Part shown: piece by piece, positions 15,801 through 23,788 of the stretch
Position numbering within the stretch: position 1 is the first letter of the stretch
How the letters are laid out: each line of letters opens with the position of its first letter
NCBI GenBank assembly: GCA_020053375.1
Contig: JAGVNG010000005.1
Coordinates: 1 to 50,841 of the forward strand
Length of the DNA stretch: 50,841 bases
Source: Nanobdellota archaeon
Lineage (GTDB): Archaea; Nanobdellota; Nanobdellia; Pacearchaeales; GW2011-AR1
Direction of reading: 5' to 3'
The notes under the pieces: model-generated
What the model saw: only the letters and a program-made list of their open reading frames with translations
Told to the model about the DNA's origin: nothing
Databases searched by the model: none
Position numbers and translations under genes: made by a program

Positions 15801-16351
15801 CTGAGACTCGAAAACATTCTTCCGAGGTCAAAATAAATGACTTAAGAACACTTATGAAAGAAAAAAGAAATACCTTTGAGGGAATGGGTTTCACCCATAA
15901 CACCTCCAACTTTAATGATGGTGTAGTTTGCTCAAGCTACAAGACTCTCGCCACTATGCAGGACAAGGTAAAACATCAGATGGAATTGGTTGAAAAAATA
16001 AGGGCTGTTGATGCCGTCGATACTGCCCGACTAATAATTGAGAGGCATTTTCTGAAGGATTTGAGAGGCAATTTAAGGGGGTTTTCCATGCAGGAATTTA
16101 GATGTGTTGCATGCAATGAAATAATGAGAAGACCGCCCTTGGCAGGAAAATGTCAGGCTTGCGGAGGAAAAATTATATTCACAATAAATGAGGGAGGAAT
16201 AAAGAAATACTTAGAGCCTGCCCTTGATCTGGCAAATAAGTATAATCTTTCGGTTTATCTCAAGCAAAGTCTTGAACTTACTAAGAGATACATCGAGAGC
16301 ATATTCGGGAAAGAAGCCGACAAACAGGAAGCGTTGGGGAAGTGGTTCTAG
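12887..16351 (+). CDS. polC: DNA polymerase II (PolD) large catalytic subunit DP2. No intein is apparent.
   Basis: About 1150 aa. The N-terminus YFKDIENGTKAVYAIAEKAREKGLDP is typical of DP2, several Cys4 zinc clusters are present, and the C-terminus has CVACN...CQACGG. The ATG at 12887 overlaps the Nudix TGA (ATGA). The track ORF starts at an in-frame GTG at 12872. Confidence 0.95.
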   Translation: MNIQQYFKDIENGTKAVYAIAEKAREKGLDPVDKVEIPLAMTMAEKVVALVSTIYPQMEGTGIDKRIIELEREHGKLDVAVVFKIAEEIAKQKFCRFDSLLHAIDAGIRIGFAYNTLGVVSSPIEGFTELKLAKTAKGEDYFVAYFSGPIRSAGTTAASVVLILIDYLREMFGYARYDPREEEVKRTATELLDYHERITNLQYMPTEEEILFIARNLPFQVNGEASETLEVSNYKNLDRIETNYVRGGMCLILGEGLAQKAKKAFRLLKSLKARGFKSSGFDFLEEYIKLHEKREIGKADESPTYIKDLVAGRPIFGHPSRSGGFRFRYGRGRTSGFSAFSLHPATMAITDDFIAIGTQLKIEKPTKGGVATSCDTIEGPIVKLFNGSVKKIRNKAEAKKLYSDTEEIIYLGDILFPFSDVANRNFALIKPGYVEEWWSLELREKDPELEKEIDKFNVGIEQAIDLSQKLSIPLHPKHIFYWTEISIDEFFGLIDWIRYSRVAGKLILPYRKNDQDKFKLGKRALELLGIEHDVTIEDVVLSKENSKALFANLGIDLRLLEKEEQLSNDIIDAAKLDREKSVLEIVNLMSRFIIKDKAGDFIGARMGRPEKAKLRKLVGSPNVLFPIGTEGGRLRSVQAACEVGTVRSSFPMKFCEKCNKETIYPACEDCGDKARKMYYCYMCKTKSFFKCNEHPLKSQPYSTSSLEINNYFEKALKKSGLTREEAPLLVKGVRGMSSLSKATENLTKGILRAKHNLQVNKDGTIRFDVTELPLICFKPKEISTSIEKLRELGYTKDIDGNELINDEQILELMPHDILLPSAQAPHDEKADDVFVNIANFIDDLLVNFYGLDRIYNVKKREDLVGHMGVCMAPHNCAGVICRIIGFANVLGLFASPYMHAAIRRDCDGDEAAIMLLGDVLLNFSREFLPSHRGGTQDAPLVLNAKIDAGEVDEQILDFEFVREYPLALYQMAETRKHSSEVKINDLRTLMKEKRNTFEGMGFTHNTSNFNDGVVCSSYKTLATMQDKVKHQMELVEKIRAVDAVDTARLIIERHFLKDLRGNLRGFSMQEFRCVACNEIMRRPPLAGKCQACGGKIIFTINEGGIKKYLEPALDLANKYNLSVYLKQSLELTKRYIESIFGKEADKQEALGKWF

Positions 16352-16402
16352 CTCTTGTTATTTGTTTGCTCCAAGATGGTTTTGGATAATTTTCTTTGGT
16401 TA

Positions 16403-17158
16403 TTAATTTAAATAACCATCTTTTTTAATCACGCCCAATTCTCCCTCTCCATTAGAACGATCTACAACAAAATAATTCTGGTCTGTATCTGCATCTTTTA
16501 TGGTTCCTCCTCCGCGATCTATTGAAATGAAATATCTTTCCCAATTGCTTATATTAAGAAATCCATAAGAACCATCAGAGGAAGTTGTTGATTCACTAAC
16601 CACTGTTTGTCCGGGGTTTGGTTGTCCCCAAGGCCATGACCAAAGCAAAACTTTTTTGTATGGGAGTGCTGTGGTTTTCGCTTTATCTTGATAAAATTTT
16701 CCATACATTATTTTGCTCTCACTGTGTATACTTTGAGGATAAAGATTTACATCCACTCCTGAAACCCCCTGCCTTGTGATAATCACTGAATTAGCCCCGC
16801 TGTATTCCCAAACAACCCCTCTGTAAATTATGCCCCTAATATCATGTACCCCTGTTTGAATATTATCTGCTCCAAACAATCCATTTGTTTTGCTTTGCAC
16901 TACAATTCCCGTATCTCCAATTTTTACTTCTGCTCCTGATGCCCCTATCCATTCCAGCTTATTATTTCTTATTACTGGAATAATGGTTCTTCCAGAAATC
17001 ATTCCTGTTTCAGGAGTGTTTATAGTAACTTCATCAGGCACATCTACTTTACATCCGACATAAAGCGAAGTTCCAAGGGCATATCCTGCTAAAGCCGCAA
17101 TTCTAAGAAATCTTCTTCTTGAGAATCCTCCTTCCCTAGAGATTTGATCCAAATCCAT
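16403..17158 (-). CDS. Secreted protein with a twin-arginine (Tat) signal and a possible lipobox cysteine
   Basis: MDLDQISREGGFSRRRFLRIAALAGYALGTSLYVGC contains the S-R-R-x-F-L-(K/R) motif, then an h-region, then V-G-C. The mature part is beta-rich. Confidence 0.6.
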   Translation of the reverse strand: MDLDQISREGGFSRRRFLRIAALAGYALGTSLYVGCKVDVPDEVTINTPETGMISGRTIIPVIRNNKLEWIGASGAEVKIGDTGIVVQSKTNGLFGADNIQTGVHDIRGIIYRGVVWEYSGANSVIITRQGVSGVDVNLYPQSIHSESKIMYGKFYQDKAKTTALPYKKVLLWSWPWGQPNPGQTVVSESTTSSDGSYGFLNISNWERYFISIDRGGGTIKDADTDQNYFVVDRSNGEGELGVIKKDGYLN

Positions 17159-17200
17159 TAATTTATAGAAATCTTGCAAATTTAAAAAGATATATATCTT

Positions 17201-18394
17201 CTAAACCAGATAAAACAAAATTGTCTGAAGCAGCAGGCAGCCCATCATGTTAACCCTGCTGACATTTAAAGAGATACAGTAAACTCCTGTGAGCGTTGAA
17301 ACCGCGAGAACAATAAGCCCGAAAAAACCAGATACGAGAATTGTGATTATCGAGATGGCGGCTATTGTTATAATACAAACTTTTGTGTAATCCATCTTTT
17401 CAAGGATCAAAATGAATTTTTTTGCTAAGATTCCAGATATAAAAAATGCAAGACAGCCAGAAAGAAGGGCTACAATCACTATTAAGACAAAAATTTCATT
17501 TTCGGGGATTCCTATGAGGGATTCTACAGCTGCAGCTGAACCTGTTCTGGTTTTTGAGATAAGAAACAAAGCCAGGAATGAAAAAGCCATTGTCAGAATA
17601 TTTATTACTCCGAGCATAAACAGGAATTCTTTTTTGCCCAGTTTTGCAAACTGGTTTCCGATAATTGCAATCTGTCCGCTGCTTATCGCCGGGAGAAATA
17701 TACTTAGCGGAGAAAATATTGCAGAGGTAATAAGTGATTTTGTTCTCTTTATTTTTACAACTTTCTCCAGCTCCTGCTTTTTTATCTTTGTTTTGCTTTT
17801 TATTGCCAGAAACAGGCTTGAAGTTCCAAACAAACCTGTAAGGAGAGGAAGAAGTGGCTCTTTCATTCCAATATTCAGGACAGCCAGCCCAAGAATCCCA
17901 GAAATTACAAAGACTGCAAGTCCAAACAACTTATTTTTTTCAACGAGAATCAGATTTAATGAGACTCCTATCAAGAGAATAGGTATGAGATTTGCTGTGA
18001 GACTGAACTCATGAATCTTCGAGGTTACAAAAGAAAGCGGAATTGCCAGTACAATAAAGATAAAGATTCCATACAGGCAGCCAAGAGAAGTAAGCTTTAC
18101 TGCCTGAAAACCAAGCCCCTGTTTAAGCATCTCATGTCCAGGCAATACAGAAAGTTCTGTTCCGTCTTCTGGAGCTCCTAAGAAGACTGATGGAATAAAA
18201 TCAATGAAAACATGTGTTATAGACATTGATACAATGAACACAACTAGAAAAATAGGAGGAACATTGGAAAGCAAAGAAATAGATAGAGAGACGATTATTG
18301 CTCCTACAAGATTTATGTGAATTCCAGGAGCCAGGCCCGTAAATATTCCCGCGAAAGTTCCTATCAGAAGCGCGAGAAGGATTTCAAGGAGCAT
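17201..18394 (-). CDS. TctA-like / DUF112 family polytopic membrane protein
   Basis: The protein has about 10-12 TM helices. The N-terminus LLALLIGTFAGIFTGLAPGIHINLVGAII is typical of the DUF112 (tripartite tricarboxylate transporter TctA) family. Confidence 0.7.
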   Translation of the reverse strand: MLLEILLALLIGTFAGIFTGLAPGIHINLVGAIIVSLSISLLSNVPPIFLVVFIVSMSITHVFIDFIPSVFLGAPEDGTELSVLPGHEMLKQGLGFQAVKLTSLGCLYGIFIFIVLAIPLSFVTSKIHEFSLTANLIPILLIGVSLNLILVEKNKLFGLAVFVISGILGLAVLNIGMKEPLLPLLTGLFGTSSLFLAIKSKTKIKKQELEKVVKIKRTKSLITSAIFSPLSIFLPAISSGQIAIIGNQFAKLGKKEFLFMLGVINILTMAFSFLALFLISKTRTGSAAAVESLIGIPENEIFVLIVIVALLSGCLAFFISGILAKKFILILEKMDYTKVCIITIAAISIITILVSGFFGLIVLAVSTLTGVYCISLNVSRVNMMGCLLLQTILFYLV

Positions 18395-18435
18395 TTTTTC
18401 GAAAAGTTTATAATCTTTAAATCTATTTATGTGCT

Positions 18436-20427
18436 ATGAAAGAGGGGAAGAGATTCTTGCTTTTTTTTGTCGTAGGAATGCTTTTATTTTCTTTAGCATT
18501 TGTTGTTGCGCAGGATGAGACGATAATTGGGACAGATAACGGGGCACAAATTCAGGAACAAGCCTCGGAACAGACACCTAATTCCGACGGCGATACAACT
18601 GCTGAAATACAGGAAGAGACGCAAACAAAGACAGAATCTGAATTTAATAAAGATCCTGGAATGACTCCCGATAGTCCGTTCTATTTTATTGACGATTTTG
18701 CCGAAAAAATCTCTGTCGGCGACGATCCTGAAAAAGCGCTTGATTATAAGGAAGAAAAGATTGCAGAAGCGCAGGTAATGATTGATGAAGGCAAGCCAAC
18801 AGAAGCAAGGCAAGTTTTGGAAAAAGCGTTGAATTACGGGGATATCCTTGAAAAAGAAGTCAGCCCGGAAATAAAAGAACGGGCTTTGAAAAGTTCAGAA
18901 CAAATTATAAATGTCTTGGAGGATATGAAAGAGCAAACTTCTACCGAGGAATGGGATATTGAAGCAACATTTGAAAATAATATTGAGCAGGAACAGAGTA
19001 TTGCAGTAGCAGCAGAATTAGTTGCAAAAATAAATGAGCTTTGTGTTACTCTTGCAAAACTTGACCCATTGCAATATTCTGATGTTTGCAAATCCAGAGA
19101 TGATTCCCCAAGATGGATGAAAGAAAAAGATGAAAAATTAACAGGAGAACAGGAAGAACAAGCTGAAATTTTCTTTGATAAACTCTCCCAGTGCATGGAA
19201 AACGCGAGGGAATGTGATTGCAAGGGAATGGGAGTTCAGTCCTTTGAAAATTTTTGCGTCGAGAAAAGCTCACTGGCAATAGAATGTGAAGAAGGAAATC
19301 CTGAGGCATGCAGGAGTATGGATGAAGCGGATCCTTCGGATTTACTTCCAGGTTATCTTTTGAATGTTTTTTATGAACTTAAAAATAAATATAGTCAATC
19401 TAAGTTCGAGAAATTTATGCCTCCTGAATGCGAGAAAGCAGGAGCAGATTCCCCCCAAGAATGTAATAAAATTATGTTCGAATTGAATGCTCCTAAAGAA
19501 TGCATTGCTGCGGGATTGGACGGCTCTTCGCCAGAGCATGAAAGGGAATGTGGCAGTTTAATGTTTAAATTAAACGCCCCTAAAGAATGCATTAATGCGA
19601 AAATAAGTCCTGAAGATCCAGATGCTCCGAGAAAGTGCGGAAAATTAATGTTTAAGATGAATGCACCATCACAATGCCTGGAAGCAGGCTTGACTGGAGA
19701 AAGAAGAGACGATGAAAAAAGATGCAAGGATTTGATGCAGGGAAAAATAGAAATAAGAGAGACTAAAAAAGGATTTGACAGGGATTGCAGTTCCATTCAG
19801 GACACCAATGAAAAAGTGAAATGTTATGAGCAATTTTATAATAATGCTCAGGTCGGTTTTAGCGATGAATTCAGGGAAAGAGAGCTTAACACAAGGGAAT
19901 TTGCCGCAAAAATGGGTGCTGCGAATCCCGAGCGTCCTTGTCCGGACAATGTTTGTGATCAATTTGAGAGCAGCCATCCTGGTGCATGTCCTGAAGATTG
20001 CGACGGAGAAAGAAGATTTGGAGAAACAGGACCAAGCATGGAAGTATGCCAATCATCTGCGCAAATTGAAAATTTGAAACAGGAATGCTTGAGCAGGGGA
20101 GAACAAGCAAATATTGAAAATAAGGGGGGATGCCCCTGGATAGTCTGTGTTGCGAGATACCAGGAAAGAGAATACAACCAAGAACAATTCCAACAAGAAT
20201 ATAATCCTTATGGAGACTTTAATCCTTATGTTAGCGAAGAAAGACAGGAGCCTTATGAACAGCAACCAATCATGCCTCCAGGGGAGGCGCCTGTTATAGA
20301 ACCTGAAATAACAACAACTGAATCTGGCTCTATTCCAGAATCCCCTGCACCGTCTGAACCCTCATCCGGCGGAGAATCCGCCCCAATGACTGGAGGGGCT
20401 ATTTTCTGGGATTATTATTTCAAGTAA
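18436..20427 (+). CDS. Secreted acidic, cysteine-rich repeat protein
   Basis: The signal peptide is MKEGKRFLLFFVVGMLLFSLAFVVAQ. A DUF5667-like segment (DSPFYFIDDFAEKI...) follows. Three tandem units of about 34 aa follow the pattern C-x3-MF-x-(L/M)NAP-x2-C. The tail is Pro/Ser/Glu-rich and ends GGAIFWDYYFK. Confidence 0.7.
   Translation: MKEGKRFLLFFVVGMLLFSLAFVVAQDETIIGTDNGAQIQEQASEQTPNSDGDTTAEIQEETQTKTESEFNKDPGMTPDSPFYFIDDFAEKISVGDDPEKALDYKEEKIAEAQVMIDEGKPTEARQVLEKALNYGDILEKEVSPEIKERALKSSEQIINVLEDMKEQTSTEEWDIEATFENNIEQEQSIAVAAELVAKINELCVTLAKLDPLQYSDVCKSRDDSPRWMKEKDEKLTGEQEEQAEIFFDKLSQCMENARECDCKGMGVQSFENFCVEKSSLAIECEEGNPEACRSMDEADPSDLLPGYLLNVFYELKNKYSQSKFEKFMPPECEKAGADSPQECNKIMFELNAPKECIAAGLDGSSPEHERECGSLMFKLNAPKECINAKISPEDPDAPRKCGKLMFKMNAPSQCLEAGLTGERRDDEKRCKDLMQGKIEIRETKKGFDRDCSSIQDTNEKVKCYEQFYNNAQVGFSDEFRERELNTREFAAKMGAANPERPCPDNVCDQFESSHPGACPEDCDGERRFGETGPSMEVCQSSAQIENLKQECLSRGEQANIENKGGCPWIVCVARYQEREYNQEQFQQEYNPYGDFNPYVSEERQEPYEQQPIMPPGEAPVIEPEITTTESGSIPESPAPSEPSSGGESAPMTGGAIFWDYYFK
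19459..19737 (+). repeat. Three tandem coding repeats of about 34 codons inside the 18436..20427 gene
   Basis: The units are ECNKIMFELNAPKECIAAGLDGSSPEHER, ECGSLMFKLNAPKECINAKISPEDPDAPRK and CGKLMFKMNAPSQCLEAGLTGERRDDEKRC. Confidence 0.8.
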
Positions 20428-20471
20428 AATTCTTCGGAAAAGTTTAATAATTAATATTCTTTCTTACAAAG

Positions 20472-21437
20472 ATGAACATTAACGAGCGAAAAGAACTAAT
20501 TGAAAGAAACTCCGTTGAGGTTTTGAACAAGGACGAGATGGATGAAGTTTTAAAGAGGAAAAAACTTCGGGTTTATTGCGGGTATGAACCTTCGGGAGAA
20601 ATTCATCTTGGGCATCTTGTTACATTGATGAAGCTTCTAGATTTTCAAAAGGCGGGAATAAATGTAATAATTTTGCTAGCAAACTGGCATGCCTGGCTTA
20701 ACAAGAAAGGCGATTGGACCTTTTTAGAAAAGCAAATGAAATTATGGCAAGCAGGAATGAAAGCCGCTGGTCTGGCTAAAGCCAGGGTTGTGAGGGGCAC
20801 TGATTTTCAGAGGAAGGAGGATTATATCAATGACGTGATGATAATGGCGCTGGATACCACTGTTAATCGTGGTGTAAGAAGCATGCAGATGGTTGCAAGA
20901 GATATTGAAAATGCAAAAATCTCTCAGATAATTTACCCTCTCATGCAAATTGAGGACATAAAAGCCCTTGATTTGGATTTTGTTGTTGCGGGGATTGACC
21001 AGAGAAAGATACATGCACTGGGAATAGAATTATTTTCAAAAATCGGACTAAAGAAAAAACCGATTTTTGTTCATACTGGAATAATTACTTCATTGAAAGG
21101 ACCAGGTGGAAAGATGTCCTCTTCTATTCCAGACAGCATGATTTCAATAAGAGACTCTTTTAAAACCATAAAAGAGAAAATAAACAAGGCATATTGTCCT
21201 GAGGGAAACACAGTAGAAAACCCTGTTCTTGAGATATGCAGAATGATATTATTCCCAAAATTTGGAAAGGTAAAAATAAACCGCCCACAAAAATTTGGGG
21301 GAGATCTCATATATGATTCATATTATGATTTGGAAAGTGATTTCATAAAGAAAACTCTTCACCCTCTTGACCTAAAGAATTCTGTTGCTGAATATCTGGA
21401 AGAGATTATTGCACCTATAAGGAAAGCATGGGGATGA
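20472..21437 (+). CDS. tyrS: Tyrosyl-tRNA synthetase (archaeal type)
   Basis: The class I HIGH motif is GEIHLGHL and the KMSKS-like motif is GKMSSS. The length of 321 aa is typical of archaeal TyrRS. Confidence 0.9.
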   Translation: MNINERKELIERNSVEVLNKDEMDEVLKRKKLRVYCGYEPSGEIHLGHLVTLMKLLDFQKAGINVIILLANWHAWLNKKGDWTFLEKQMKLWQAGMKAAGLAKARVVRGTDFQRKEDYINDVMIMALDTTVNRGVRSMQMVARDIENAKISQIIYPLMQIEDIKALDLDFVVAGIDQRKIHALGIELFSKIGLKKKPIFVHTGIITSLKGPGGKMSSSIPDSMISIRDSFKTIKEKINKAYCPEGNTVENPVLEICRMILFPKFGKVKINRPQKFGGDLIYDSYYDLESDFIKKTLHPLDLKNSVAEYLEEIIAPIRKAWG

Positions 21438-21551
21438 AAAGATGGAATGTAAATAAAACAAACTGTTAATATAATAAAACCCCTTATTTTTATTTCTACT
21501 AAATTTTATCATTAACTTAAAACTTAATTTTCAGAATTAAAATTAGAAGTT

Positions 21552-22466
21552 TTATCTTGTCTTGAATTCAACAACATCCAAATCTTTCAAGAGATGGGTT
21601 AATCCCACTTTTTGTCCAGGGAATTTTGATGAAGGTCCCCATATTCGTGTTTCCATAACATTTTTGGAAAAACCCTTAAGAATTTTCTCGGCAACATCCT
21701 TTACAGTTGAGTTTGATTCCAGGATAACCGGTTTTTCTGATTTCTTTTTTCCTGGCTCCTTAGTAAAAACCCTTAATTTACCGAAGCCACTAAAAATTTT
21801 CTCCTTTAATTCGCTGAAGTTTTCTCCCGTTTTTGCGCTTATCATTACAAAATTCAGTTTATGACTCTTCAATGTTGCTTCCAGCCTTCTTTTTTCATTT
21901 GTATTCAGGAGGTCTATCTTATTGAAGACTATTAAAGTTTTATTGTTGGTGTTTCCCAACTTTTTCTTTATCTCATTAATCTGTTCAATGCTATCAACCA
22001 AAATTAGGATTAAATCCGCAGTATGAACCAATCCTTTATCATAATATTCTGATTCAATTGCGGGAACTTCTATCATTTGGATATTTACCCCGCTAAAGTT
22101 CATCATTCCAATTTGAGACTGCGTTGTAGCGAACATAGAATCTGAAATTTTTGGTTTGGCATTTGTTAGTGCAGAGAGAAGGGATGATTTTCCGGATAAA
22201 GTTTTTCCAACGATTGCCACCTGCAATTCCTCTTTTTTAATGCCCTTCTTACTTGCTCCTTTCGAGACTCTTCTAGTCCTTTCAATTTTTTCCTTTAATT
22301 TTATATACCTGGTTTTTAGGTTAGCGAGCATTTTTTCAGCAGATTTGTGTTTTGGGCATTCTCTTATCATTTCTTCCAAATACTGAAGTTTCTCTTCATT
22401 GTTTTGGGCCAATAGGAACTTTTTCTCTGCCTGTATGTAAAAAGGAGACTGGTTTGTGGATGCCAT
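21552..22466 (-). CDS. DRG/Obg-like GTP-binding protein with a C-terminal TGS domain
   Basis: G1 is GKTLSGKSS and G4 is NKID. The C-terminus is TGS-like (GLTHLLKDLDVVEFKTR). The N-terminal helical part resembles DRG proteins. The G3 position reads IEVPAI instead of DxPG. Confidence 0.7.
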   Translation of the reverse strand: MASTNQSPFYIQAEKKFLLAQNNEEKLQYLEEMIRECPKHKSAEKMLANLKTRYIKLKEKIERTRRVSKGASKKGIKKEELQVAIVGKTLSGKSSLLSALTNAKPKISDSMFATTQSQIGMMNFSGVNIQMIEVPAIESEYYDKGLVHTADLILILVDSIEQINEIKKKLGNTNNKTLIVFNKIDLLNTNEKRRLEATLKSHKLNFVMISAKTGENFSELKEKIFSGFGKLRVFTKEPGKKKSEKPVILESNSTVKDVAEKILKGFSKNVMETRIWGPSSKFPGQKVGLTHLLKDLDVVEFKTR

Positions 22467-22498
22467 AAACTTTTAAGTCTGCGGGATTTTAAAAATAT

Positions 22499-22753
22499 AT
22501 GGAAAGGAAAAACAAAAATAATGTATTCACAGAAATAGGATTTGGCAATAAAACAATTTTCTCAACGGAGTTTGAAAGAAGAAAGGTTGAATATAGAAAT
22601 CCAAGGTTAATTTTACCCAAATTGATTAAAGGTATTTATGTTAGAATGAGATTTTTTGGGAAAGAATATATTCTTTCTACATATGATGGATTTAAGATTA
22701 AGAAAGATAAAAAAGGGTTTAAATTTCTGATAGGGTTAGAAGGCTTGAAATGA
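22499..22753 (+). CDS. Hypothetical basic 84-aa protein, translationally coupled to the methyltransferase
   Basis: The open frame ends in an ATGA overlap with the next gene. Confidence 0.45.
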   Translation: MERKNKNNVFTEIGFGNKTIFSTEFERRKVEYRNPRLILPKLIKGIYVRMRFFGKEYILSTYDGFKIKKDKKGFKFLIGLEGLK

Positions 22754-23523
22754 AAAAAGAAGAAATTTTAAAAGAGATAATGAAGAAAAAGGAATTCTCA
22801 AGGCTTCCGAAAAAAGATGTTGAACTTGCCTTTGCGAAATTCGAGAGAAGGCAGGACAGCGATGAGGAAAAAGTAAGGCTGACTAGGGAACTCTTACATA
22901 AGGTTTATTCTTCCTTTACAAGCCTCAAGCTTCTTTCTCCAAAAAACAAAACTGCTGAATGGGTTTTGAGAAAACATCTCTCAACAAGGGAGAGACTGCC
23001 GTATTATGATGAAATATACTCCAGAATACTAAATAACTTCGGGAGAAGGGTAAGTATCATTGATCTGGGCGCGGGAGTAAATGGCTTTAGTTATAACTAT
23101 CTGAAAGAACAAACAAAAAAAGTGGATTATTTTGCAATTGAAGGAGTTGGACAACTTGTGGATTTAACCAATGATTATTTTGCAAGAGAGAAAATAAAAG
23201 CAAAGGCTATCAATATGAGTCTGTTTGACATTGATGAAATTAAGGAGATAATTTCCCAAACCGACAAACCCAGAATTGTTTTTCTGTTTAAGACAGTGGA
23301 TTCTCTTGAAGTACTGGAGAAAGATTATTCACTTAAACTAATTAATGAGATTGCACCTTTCGTTGATTTAATTGTTGTTAGCTTCGCTGTTGAAAGCATG
23401 ATAAAAAGACAAAGATTCCATGCAAACAGAAAGTGGATAACAGACTTTATCCAGAATAATTTCAAAATCAGTGATGATTTTCAATATGGCGGGGAGAGAT
23501 ATATCTGCTTTGAAAAGAAGTAA
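22750..23523 (+). CDS. FmrO-family (ArmA/RmtB/Sgm-like) 16S rRNA guanine-N7 methyltransferase homologue
   Basis: The order of blocks is collinear with remembered RmtB/ArmA sequences. IMKKKEFSRLPKKDVELAF compares with ILASKKYRALCPDTVRRIL. LRKHLSTRERLPYYDEIY compares with LSLHASTKERLAELDTLY. The SAM motif IIDLGAGVNGFSY compares with VLDIACGLNPLAL. IVFLFKTVDSLE compares with LIFKLLPLLE. IVVSFAVESM compares with MAVSFPTRSL. Confidence 0.65.
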   Translation: MKKEEILKEIMKKKEFSRLPKKDVELAFAKFERRQDSDEEKVRLTRELLHKVYSSFTSLKLLSPKNKTAEWVLRKHLSTRERLPYYDEIYSRILNNFGRRVSIIDLGAGVNGFSYNYLKEQTKKVDYFAIEGVGQLVDLTNDYFAREKIKAKAINMSLFDIDEIKEIISQTDKPRIVFLFKTVDSLEVLEKDYSLKLINEIAPFVDLIVVSFAVESMIKRQRFHANRKWITDFIQNNFKISDDFQYGGERYICFEKK

Positions 23524-23565
23524 AATTTAAATAATCCTGTTAGCTGTTTTTGTTGAATATTAAAA

Positions 23566-23757
23566 ATGGCAGAAATGAATATGCAGGACTCCGCAATGAT
23601 GCAGCAGCAAATGCCTCCGAATACGGAACAGCCAATGCAAGCAGGAGACTCGACGGAACCAAGAAAGTCGAGATGGTGGATATGGCTAATAGTTATCTTA
23701 TTATTGGGCGCTGGAGCGGGATATTATTTCTTTTTGATGCGAGCTGTGTTTAATTAA
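23566..23757 (+). CDS. Small tail-anchored membrane protein (63 aa) with a Met/Gln-rich N-terminus
   Basis: It has a single C-terminal TM helix, WWIWLIVILLLGAGAGYYFFL. The overlapping ORF 23550..23753 is in another frame and is less plausible. Confidence 0.45.
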   Translation: MAEMNMQDSAMMQQQMPPNTEQPMQAGDSTEPRKSRWWIWLIVILLLGAGAGYYFFLMRAVFN

Positions 23758-23788
23758 AATTTATATAGTCTTTTTGGTTTTTGATAAG

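Noticed and set aside
17412-18014. A 200-aa ORF on the plus strand, inside the TctA/DUF112 gene.
   Set aside because: It is antisense to a well-supported polytopic membrane gene, has odd composition (Ile/Phe/Arg-rich) and carries no motif. This is a typical shadow ORF in AT-rich DNA.
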